Shown: one piece after another, positions 28,872-37,594 of the stretch
How the letters are laid out: each line of letters begins with the position of its first letter
How positions within the stretch are numbered: the stretch's first letter is position 1
Assembly (NCBI GenBank): GCA_963667015.2
Contig: CAXXJJ010000004.1
Coordinates: 1,952,001-2,016,000, forward strand
DNA: 64,000 bases
From: Desulfatiglandales bacterium
GTDB lineage: Bacteria; Desulfobacterota; DSM-4660; Desulfatiglandales; HGW-15
Direction: 5' to 3'
Position numbers and translations under genes: made by a program
Notes under the pieces: model-generated
Database searches by the model: none
Seen by the model: only the letters and a program-made list of their open reading frames with translations
Told to the model about the DNA's origin: nothing

Positions 28872-31145
28872 CTACATATGATTTAGGTAAATTCTCATCA
28901 ATCTTAAACGACTCATTCAATATTTCCATGAGCTTGATGTTCTGTTTTACCAGCATAAGGCAGGTACCGATAATGGCGTAAAACAGGATGCTTAAACGCG
29001 TTTTCGATGTGTCATCCTGTATTCTTTTTATCTGTTCAAAATTCATCTGATCAGCAATGATTTTCATATGGTCATATTGTTCGACTATTTTCTTATAATC
29101 CTTTATCTCCTTATTCTTAAATGCAGTTTCAACCTTAAGCAGGATATCAAGCATTATGGTCTTAATTTCCCTTATCTCATTTATCTGAACATCCAGCAAT
29201 CCTTTATGCTTGTTTGCTATATGTATATATGAACGTAATACAATATCCCTGAATCCATCAGAAAGCTTCTGCAGCCGCCTGATTGTCTGTGCATATTTAT
29301 AAGACAGATTATGGTCTTCCTTCTGCTGAAGTCTCAGGACCTTGAAGACAATTTGCCATTATAATATTAACCCACATCTGCCGCTTGTTAATCCTTTTCC
29401 TCTGGTTATTTAACACATAAATATTCTCTTCAAAAAGGGCATCAATGGTTACATCAAAGGATTCCCTGAAATCCTTTTATCAATACCGCAAGATGATCAA
29501 ATGTTATTGAAATTGCGACTTTAGGATCTTTGACCTTTCTTAAATTGAGGATTTCGGTCTCTTCGCTTTCCATTGCCCGGGCCCTATGCTTCTTGTGATT
29601 GCTCATGATAATCAGGACTATTACAACTAGAAGCAGTACGATGCCGATCAGTTTCAGGTGCGCAACGCAGGTGGCAAATAAAAAGGCCGTAACAAAGGCT
29701 ATAAAGGCAGTCATAAAACCACCCGCCAATAACCGTTAAAACACCTGTAACCCTGTATACGGCGCTCTCCCTGCCCCATGCCTGGTCTGAGAAGGAGGAT
29801 CCCATGGCGACCATGAATGTAACATATGTAGTTGAAAGGGGTAGTTTCATGGATGTAGCATAGGATATAATGGCGCTTGCAACCATGAGGTTTACAGAAG
29901 CACGAAGCATGTCAAAGGGAGGCTTTTTATCCCGCTCCGGTGCTGACTTTTTAATTGCCGGATTCATTCTGTTATAAATCACGGCCCTCAGCCCCTGGGG
30001 CAACAGCATCCTGAAATAACTGAATATTGAATCCGCCATACTGACTATTTTTCTTGATATCCAGATCGATTCAAAGCGCTCTGTGCCCTCATCCTGCTGG
30101 CCCAGACTTATTTCTGTCTGGGTAACTGTGCGGGCCTTTTTGGAAAACCATAAAGTAAAAACCATCAGGACACCGGCAAGCATCAGGAAAAGGTTCTGTG
30201 TATGGACCTTTGTCCCGAGCGGCCTCCATGGTAATATTCAAAGGGTCGCTGGATGCAGCAGCTATCTGATAGGCCTGCAGGCCTGCCAGAGAGAACACCT
30301 ATAAAATTAACAAGGTCATTTGATGCAAAGGCCAATTGCAAGGGCAAATGTGCCTACCAGGACGATTATCTTTAGTATATTAATTCGAAACAGAAGAATA
30401 AGAATCTCAAAAATAACCGCAGATACAAGAAAGATTGCCCCCAGCATGAGGAATAAATGAGTTTTGATCCATTCGGACATTTCGGGAGTAATAAAGGAAG
30501 CGGCTTTTACCCCTTTTATAAGAATAAAATAGGTAATCAGGGCCATTGCCCACGCCGCCCCACAGTGCCCCCATACCTTTTAAGCCTTTTTTTCATAATC
30601 AAAGGTAAAGATCTGACGGGATAGAAATTGAATAACTGCTCCGGAACAGAATGCCACAACTATTGAAAGAAGAATACCAAAAATAATTACCATTGCCTTT
30701 GATGTATTTATATACTGTGCAACATCATCAGGACCGCTATGGTGGTTCATTATTCTAAATACTGCCATTGCAACGGCGGCACCGAGCAGTTCGAAAACTA
30801 TTGAAACGGTGGTTGATGTAGGCAGACCATAAGTGTTGAAAAGATCCAGCAGAAGTATATCTGTAAACATTACTGCCAGAAAAATGGTAATCAGTTCCGG
30901 CATTGTAAAGAATTGAGGATGGAAGATACCCTTTCTCGCGACTTCCATCATGCCGCCGGAGAATGTGACACCGGCTAAAATACCGAGGCTGGCAATGATC
31001 ATGATAACGAAAAAAGGCGCGACCCTTGAGCCTATAGCTGAGTTTAAAAACATTCACTGCATCATTTGACACACCCACGACAATATCAAAAACGGCAAAA
31101 CAATAAGAGGACGATGACTATTGCATATATTATTTCAATCCCCAT
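28855..31145 (-). pseudogene. PiT/PHO4-family inorganic phosphate transporter with a long soluble C-terminal domain (759 aa when repaired), interrupted by 11 single-base insertions; probably intact in vivo
   Basis: Fragments and repaired junctions give GVSNDAVNFLNSAIGS, GLPTSTTVSIVFELLGAA, FASNDLVNFIG, LPLSTTYVTFMVAMG. Removing 11 extra bases gives a 2280-nt open frame. Confidence 0.85.
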
Positions 31146-31266
31146 AGGAGTATACCTCTCTAAGAATTGGGTTTATTAAAATTTTAACAAATTAACCAAA
31201 CAATCAAGTAAAACAACATTTGAATCGTATGCAAACAGATTTTTGCAGTCAATAAAAAACAATATC

Positions 31267-31286
31267 CTAACATAAATCTAACAATT
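31267..31286 (-). promoter_or_regulatory. Possible Pho-box-like 11-bp-period direct repeat upstream of the phosphate transporter
   Basis: Minus strand TTGTTAGATTT-ATGTTAG (TGTTA-N6-TGTTA). Confidence 0.35.
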
Positions 31287-31620
31287 AACTAATCATGGAT
31301 TAATTATGATTTGTTATTCTGTAAAATTTTACAATCATGCGTTTAATAAGAAAGCTCTTCTTCCATTGTTGATCGATAGGTCGGAGTAAAAACGATATGG
31401 CCAAACATAACGGGTTTATCTACCTTCTTAAAATTCGGAAGGGGAGCAATGGAAACATTCCTTGGGATATAAACTCAGGCTTTTGATGAAATAATATGCT
31501 CTTCTTTCTCACTCATTGCATGTTCCACCTCTGAATCAGTATTCCGGTGGATACCCTATGATTTTTTTAAAATTTTTTCATATATCGTTTTCTCAAACAA
31601 TATCTTTTAAGAATATCATT

Positions 31621-31932
31621 TTATTTATAATTGTTTAGAAACTTCATTAAATAAAAAAGATATAATTTCCCCTTGTTATCAAGTCTTTTATATAACTCAA
31701 CAACTTCTTCTTCATTTTCAATAGCTTCTTCTCTAAGTAAATAATCTGTTGTGACGCCAAAAAATTGTGCAACAAGAACAATCAATTCAGGCTGAGGCCT
31801 GTTAAGCCCCTTTTCAATATTATATATCAAGCTTGGACTGCAATTTAAGTGGGATGCTAATTGTCCAGCAGATAGACTTCTTAACTTCCTAAGTTCTCTC
31901 AATCTTTTTCCAAATAACCAGGAAGCATCCAT
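31621..31932 (-). CDS. XRE-family HTH transcriptional regulator
   Basis: FGKRLRELRKLRSLSAGQLA...IYNIEKGLNRP...FFGVTTDYLL. Confidence 0.9.
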   Translation of the reverse strand: MDASWLFGKRLRELRKLRSLSAGQLASHLNCSPSLIYNIEKGLNRPQPELIVLVAQFFGVTTDYLLREEAIENEEEVVELYKRLDNKGKLYLFYLMKFLNNYK

Positions 31933-32064
31933 CTTTCTAATACCCTTTATATAATTTAAGAATGAGTTTTCACGAGTGTTTACTTCAAATTCTCTGCGGA
32001 CATATCACGTATCGAAGATAAGCTATTGCTATCATTAAAAATCAGATAGCCAAAAAATTTAACG

Positions 32065-32088
32065 TGTCAATATTGACATAACGTCAAT
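32065..32088. promoter_or_regulatory. Overlapping palindromic operator-like sites upstream of the XRE gene
   Basis: Perfect TGTCAATATTGACA (32065-32078) overlapping ATTGAC-N5-GTCAAT (32072-32088). Confidence 0.55.
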
Positions 32089-32648
32089 TATCTGTCTTTT
32101 TTATTATTCTCTTTTTTTATTCATAGTGATTCGGATAAAGCGATAGAAGTGCAAATTTAATAAAGCACTGATTGATAAAATTTTGAAAATATTTGTTCAG
32201 CACCTATTTCCAAAACCATGTTCTTGGATTTAAGCAATCAGCCTTTGCTTCCGGTAAAACCAGTCAGTATTTAATGGTTTCATCCATAGGCAAACAATTT
32301 AGGGACAGGTTCCATTGAGAATCTACCTGATTAAAGAGGATCTTTTTTTTAAAAAATCATTATGACAAATGAATAAAGCAAATTGGTTCTTCTTTTTGCC
32401 CATTAAGTAAATAATCTATTCATACTATTAATTAAATAATAGCAACTAGATGTCAATTATTATCACTATTTTTTTATTATATTTTTTAAAAAAATAAAAT
32501 GAAACTACAATTAAAAGTATATTATTTGCATTAATAATACTACAATTACTATATTTAACATTTATATTTAATATTAATTATTTTATAATTTTATTAATCA
32601 TTTTATTCTTATTTTATTTATCCTATCTTTAATTTACCACCCAAATTA

Positions 32649-32670
32649 ATTACACTATTATTACACTATT
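32649..32670. repeat. Perfect tandem 11-bp direct repeat just upstream of the sigma-54 promoter
   Basis: ATTACACTATT x2. Confidence 0.7.
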
Positions 32671-32680
32671 AATATAATTA

Positions 32681-32696
32681 TGGCATCTTATTTGCA
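32681..32696 (+). promoter_or_regulatory. Sigma-54 (-24/-12) promoter of the chemosensory cluster
   Basis: TGGCATCTTATTTGCA = GG-N10-GC, 181 nt upstream of the first gene, preceded by a very AT-rich tract. Confidence 0.72.
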
Positions 32697-32877
32697 TCAT
32701 TCGTGCAATTAAAATAAGCCATTGAAATCAAAACTAAAAAAATATCGAACAATTTAGGAAAAAGTAAAAAGTTTTATTGTCCTTTACCTTATTAATAATG
32801 CTGTAAAGACGCTGAAAAAATTCTCAAAATCAAACTCAAGCTCGTGATCAAGTTGAATTTGTTATAAAAAAGGCAAT

Positions 32878-34716
32878 ATGAAAATAATATCTCCTGTTAG
32901 CATTGTTACCCCTAAAGGACCGAGCAATATATATGCAAAAGAAAGCATCCTTCAGTTGCTTTCTCTTGTGCCATCTCTACAGGCGACCCTTAAAACAGTT
33001 GCCCCCAGGTTTTTAAAACTTGGACAAACACTTCAATCAATTAATTCTGAAGCGAACCAGATAACTCAATTAACATTGGATATCGTTCAAACCTCTGGAA
33101 AAGAATCTGATCAGATACTGCTAAATAACGTTGCGGAACTGGCCAAACAATCTCTGACAGAACTTAAAAAAACCAATACAAATATATCCCAAGATCTTAA
33201 AAATGTTGAAGTCAGTATAGAGCTTTTGGATAGACTGCATAGATCACTGAACAATTTACGCAGTATTTCCAAGACGCTTGGTATTGTATCACTCAATATT
33301 GCAATTGAAAGCAGTCGTTCCGGGAATAGTGAAAAGATATTCAGTTTTTTTGTGGAAGAAATAAATGATCTATCAAACAGGGTTAATATTATCTTCAGAG
33401 ATATAAGTAATGATTCAAAGGAATCGCAAATAAAGCAACAGCTCATCTGGACCCATGTTATTTATCGGGAAAAGGAACTTCAGGCAATAACATCAACAGC
33501 AGATAATATTATAGAAGGCAATATTGAAAAAATAAAAAAACTTTTCGAAAATTCAAGAGATAAATTTGAAAAATCCACACTCTATACTAAAGAAATATCC
33601 CGTCATATTGGAGAAATTATTGAATCAATCCAGTTCGAAGATATTACACGGCAACAGATAGAACACATTATTGAGGCAATTCAGGATTTAAAAGAACAAT
33701 ATAATGATGAATTATGCCTTGATGATGCCCATCCAACGCATCCTCAAATATTGACTCAGATATATTCGTTTATAAACATTCAGGCCGCCCAAGTTGAGCA
33801 GGTTATTTATGAAATCCGGGAGGCTCATAAAAAAATTCTGAACTCTTTTAGTGAAATCAGCATTCTAATTGATTTGCTGGTTGAAATGACAACACTCTTT
33901 TCGTCAAAAAATCAAACTCGAACTGAATCCGGAGCATCATTTGAAGAGCTTATATCTGATTTTACAAACCTGGACATTGTTCTTGATCAGGGGCATAACC
34001 TTTCAAATAAAATAGAAGAAGCTATGCTAAAATCAGAAGAAATCGCACTGCAGTTGTCTTCGCATATAGAAAAAGTCGAAGAGATCAGCCTTGATCTCCA
34101 TATAAAGGCAATAAATGCGATTATCATGTCCAACCAGCTGGGACCGGAAGGTGTAGCGCTTTCTGTTCTTGCCAAAAACGTCACATACATATCAAAGGAA
34201 TCAAATGATTTTGTTACTGAAGTTGTCGAAATAATAAATTCTATTTCAGGATTGACTGAGAAATTAAACAGCAGGTCAGAGAGTGATAAAATAAAAAATC
34301 AATTAACCGATGTGAATAATGAGCATTTACTGGATTCTGTTCTTGATGAGATATTAAAAGTCTATAATAAATTTCAGGAAGATTCCTCTTTAACTTTTAA
34401 TTTTTCAACATCTCTAAAAGAAACTCTCATGCAGGCAAAATCTGACATTTCTTTCTTAATTGAAATGGCGGTTCAACTGGAGACATGTCTCGTCAATATC
34501 AATATGACAGCTCAATCGTTGGAACCATATATAGAACAAACATACTTAAAAGAAATATCCCTTAATCAAACTTCAGAAAAATACACCATGAAAGTTGAGC
34601 GGGATATTCACAATAAAATCTTCAATAATGCAACTCTGGCGCCATCGAATGATGGCGATAGTCAACAGATAAAGGATATATATGATGATTTCGGAGACAA
34701 TGTGGAATTATTCTAA
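32878..34716 (+). CDS. Soluble MCP-like chemotaxis protein with two degenerate signalling hairpins
   Basis: SLNIAIESSRSG and AINAIIMSNQLGPEG tip-like motifs, IQFEDITRQ, C-terminal GDNVELF; no TM. Confidence 0.8.
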   Translation: MKIISPVSIVTPKGPSNIYAKESILQLLSLVPSLQATLKTVAPRFLKLGQTLQSINSEANQITQLTLDIVQTSGKESDQILLNNVAELAKQSLTELKKTNTNISQDLKNVEVSIELLDRLHRSLNNLRSISKTLGIVSLNIAIESSRSGNSEKIFSFFVEEINDLSNRVNIIFRDISNDSKESQIKQQLIWTHVIYREKELQAITSTADNIIEGNIEKIKKLFENSRDKFEKSTLYTKEISRHIGEIIESIQFEDITRQQIEHIIEAIQDLKEQYNDELCLDDAHPTHPQILTQIYSFINIQAAQVEQVIYEIREAHKKILNSFSEISILIDLLVEMTTLFSSKNQTRTESGASFEELISDFTNLDIVLDQGHNLSNKIEEAMLKSEEIALQLSSHIEKVEEISLDLHIKAINAIIMSNQLGPEGVALSVLAKNVTYISKESNDFVTEVVEIINSISGLTEKLNSRSESDKIKNQLTDVNNEHLLDSVLDEILKVYNKFQEDSSLTFNFSTSLKETLMQAKSDISFLIEMAVQLETCLVNINMTAQSLEPYIEQTYLKEISLNQTSEKYTMKVERDIHNKIFNNATLAPSNDGDSQQIKDIYDDFGDNVELF

Positions 34717-34733
34717 TAAAAGGAGCATTCAAA

Positions 34734-35045
34734 ATGGCACCAGGTAAAAAAATGAAAACAAAGGATAATACAATAAAGATAAGCGGCCATTTATCAATTT
34801 ATGAAGCAGCGGATATCCAAAATAAATTACTTCATTCTTTAGCAGAGAATAATGCAATAGATATCGATCTCGGTGATGTTGATTCCTGTGATGTAGCAGG
34901 CATACAGCTTTTGATTTCTGCCATAAAAACAGGAGAGAAGGAAGAAAAACAAATTACCATCTCCAATATATCGGAAACGTTTCAGGAGACAACCAGGCTT
35001 GTTGGACTTCAACAGAAAATATTTTTCAGCAGTAACGGAGGATAA
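34734..35045 (+). CDS. STAS-domain protein of the che cluster
   Basis: ISGHLSIYEA, IDLGDVDSCDVAGIQLL. Confidence 0.87.
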   Translation: MAPGKKMKTKDNTIKISGHLSIYEAADIQNKLLHSLAENNAIDIDLGDVDSCDVAGIQLLISAIKTGEKEEKQITISNISETFQETTRLVGLQQKIFFSSNGG

Positions 35046-35047
35046 AA

Positions 35048-35413
35048 GTGGGCAATACAATAATAACAGTTGATGATTCTGTAAGTATGAGACAGATGAT
35101 CACCTTCACTCTGGAAAAAGCCGGTTATAAAGTTATAACAGCGGAAGATGGTGTTGATGCAATGGATAAACTTGGCAGTAACACGGTTAACATGATGATC
35201 ACTGACCTTAACATGCCGCGCATGGATGGCATAGAACTTATAAAATCGGTCCGAACCATATCGCAATACAAGTTCATTCCCATAATTATGCTTACTACCG
35301 AATCCGATGATTCGAAAAAACAGCAAGGAAAAGCTGCAGGGGCTACGGGATGGATTGTAAAGCCATTCAAACCGGAACAGCTTATTGGTGTTGTTCAAAA
35401 AGTCTTGGGATAA
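35048..35413 (+). CDS. cheY: Chemotaxis response regulator
   Basis: TVDDS, ITDLNMPRMDG, MLTTES, GWIVKPF; GTG start. Confidence 0.92.
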   Translation: MGNTIITVDDSVSMRQMITFTLEKAGYKVITAEDGVDAMDKLGSNTVNMMITDLNMPRMDGIELIKSVRTISQYKFIPIIMLTTESDDSKKQQGKAAGATGWIVKPFKPEQLIGVVQKVLG

Positions 35414-35490
35414 TTGCAGGATAATTTTATTTAACAGGTCCTCTGGACCATACCAGGATTCAGGTATCCTTTATTAAATGGAGTTAACAG

Positions 35491-37566
35491 ATGGATATTA
35501 TCGAAACATATACCGAGGAAGCAATTGAATTACTTTTCACACTGGAAAACTCACTTCTTGAACTTGAAAAAAAACCGAACGACAAGGAATTGATTGGCAG
35601 TGTTTTTAGGGCAATGCATACGATCAAGGGATCAGGTGCAATGGCTGGATTTTCTAACATTGCCTCCTTCACCCATGACATAGAGACGGTTTATGACCTG
35701 GTGCGCAGTGATCAGATCCAGGTCACAAAGGAACTTATTAACCTGACACTCCATTCATGCGATCTGATCAGAAAAATGGTGGAAAACGCACCATTGGATG
35801 AAAAAGATATCACGGAAACTATCCAAGGCTTCAAAAAAATGATCCCCGGAGATGAAGAGAAATCCGAAGATTTTGACAACGACAATTCGGAATATATCCC
35901 GGATGATGGAACAATTGAAGATATTACCTACCGCATTCGTTTCCGTCCTTCATCCGGTATATTTAACAACGGAACCAATCCGATTCTACTTCTTAATGAG
36001 CTCCGTGCCCTTGGAGAATGCAATCTAATCGCACAGACCGGTAATATCCCAACCTTGGAAGAGATAGATCCGGAGCAATGTTATCTTTACTGGGATATCA
36101 TACTGACCACGGAAAAGGATGAAAACATAATCCGGGATGTCTTTATTTTCCTGGAAGAAGATAGCCGGATTGACATAACGATCATTGACGAATGCGGAAA
36201 ACTGATAAATGAAGAGCAACGCAAGAAGATCGGAGAAATCCTTGTGGAAAAGGAGGATATATCTGAGGATGAAATAACTGCAGCCCTCCAGGGCCAAAAA
36301 CGGATAGGTGAAATACTGTTGGATTCAGGCAGAATAGATAATGATAAATTGAGATCTGCCCTTGAAGAACAGGATCATCTTAATCATATAAAGAATGATC
36401 GTAAAAAAAAGGAAGCGGTTTCGAGCATCAGGGTTTCATCGGAAAAACTTGACACGCTTGTAGACCTTGTCGGCGAATTGGTCACTGTCCAGGCGCGTCT
36501 TAGCCAGCATTCATCATCAGAAAGCAATTCGAATCTGACGGCGATAGCAGAAGAAGTGGAGCGGCTTACAGGGGAACTCAGGGATAATACCATGAGTATT
36601 CGTATGCTGCCCATAAGCACTACATTCAGTAAATTTAAACGACTGGTGCGTGACCTTTCAGAACAACTGGGCAAGGAAGTAACACTGACCACGGAAGGGG
36701 GAGAAACAGAGCTGGACAAGACGGTCATAGAGAGCCTTAACGATCCCATGGTTCATATTATACGAAACAGTATCGATCATGGCATTGAATCCCCGGATGA
36801 AAGGGAGGCCACTGGAAAACCGAAACATGGATCAGTACATCTTTCAGCCACCCACTCGGGTGGAAATGTATTGATACGCATATCCGATGATGGCGCAGGC
36901 CTTAATACAAAATCGATACGCAGCAAAGCCGAGGAAAAAGGCCTAGTGGCACCTGATGCAGAGCTGGATGACAAGGATATCTATTCCCTGATTTTCGCAC
37001 CAGGTTTTTCTACCGCCGGAGAAGTGACCAGTGTATCAGGCCGTGGGGTTGGTATGGACGTGGTGAAAAAGAGTATTGAAGGCCTCAGAGGATCTATCGA
37101 AATAAAGAGTCAAAAAGGGGCCGGAACAACTATAACACTCAAGCTTCCTTTGACACTCGCAATCATCGACGGCCTGCTTGTGGATATAGGAAAAGATTTT
37201 TATGTCATGCCGCTGTCAGTGGTTGAGGAATGTGTGGAAATAAGTCGTACCGAAGCGGATCGGGCACGTGCCCGGAGCATGATGAGCTTTCGTGGCAATG
37301 TGGTGCCCTACCTGAACCTTAGAGACATGTTTCAGGTAGAAGGAGATCCGCCGCCCCTGGAGCAAGTAGTGATAGTGGAAGCGAATAACAAAATTGTCGG
37401 CTTTGGTGTGGACAGGCTGATTGGGCAGAATCAGACAGTGATTAAAACTCTAAATAAAATTTATAAAGATATAGAAGGCCTCTCAGGAGCTACTATCCTG
37501 GGAGACGGCACTGTTGCCCTCATTCTGGATGTAGTACAGATCGTTAATGCTGCGGTTAACGTTTAA
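35491..37566 (+). CDS. cheA: Chemotaxis histidine kinase
   Basis: FRAMHTIKGS (Hpt), LVDLVGELV, HIIRNSIDHGIE, FAPGFSTA..SGRGVGMDVV, C-terminal CheW-like P5. Confidence 0.97.
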   Translation: MDIIETYTEEAIELLFTLENSLLELEKKPNDKELIGSVFRAMHTIKGSGAMAGFSNIASFTHDIETVYDLVRSDQIQVTKELINLTLHSCDLIRKMVENAPLDEKDITETIQGFKKMIPGDEEKSEDFDNDNSEYIPDDGTIEDITYRIRFRPSSGIFNNGTNPILLLNELRALGECNLIAQTGNIPTLEEIDPEQCYLYWDIILTTEKDENIIRDVFIFLEEDSRIDITIIDECGKLINEEQRKKIGEILVEKEDISEDEITAALQGQKRIGEILLDSGRIDNDKLRSALEEQDHLNHIKNDRKKKEAVSSIRVSSEKLDTLVDLVGELVTVQARLSQHSSSESNSNLTAIAEEVERLTGELRDNTMSIRMLPISTTFSKFKRLVRDLSEQLGKEVTLTTEGGETELDKTVIESLNDPMVHIIRNSIDHGIESPDEREATGKPKHGSVHLSATHSGGNVLIRISDDGAGLNTKSIRSKAEEKGLVAPDAELDDKDIYSLIFAPGFSTAGEVTSVSGRGVGMDVVKKSIEGLRGSIEIKSQKGAGTTITLKLPLTLAIIDGLLVDIGKDFYVMPLSVVEECVEISRTEADRARARSMMSFRGNVVPYLNLRDMFQVEGDPPPLEQVVIVEANNKIVGFGVDRLIGQNQTVIKTLNKIYKDIEGLSGATILGDGTVALILDVVQIVNAAVNV

Positions 37567-37594
37567 GATAAAAATTGTATAAGAGATTAATCAA

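Noticed and set aside
28855..31145. Programmed frameshifting or phase variation in the PiT gene
   Set aside because: Eleven separate shifts, mostly in runs of only 2-5 nt, are incompatible with recoding or slipped-strand switching
31343..31516. 58-codon minus-strand frame with one internal TGA (MSEKEEHIISSKA*VYIPRNV...) after GAGGTG
   Set aside because: No redox motif or clear SECIS and no recognisable homology; cannot be distinguished from chance or a gene remnant
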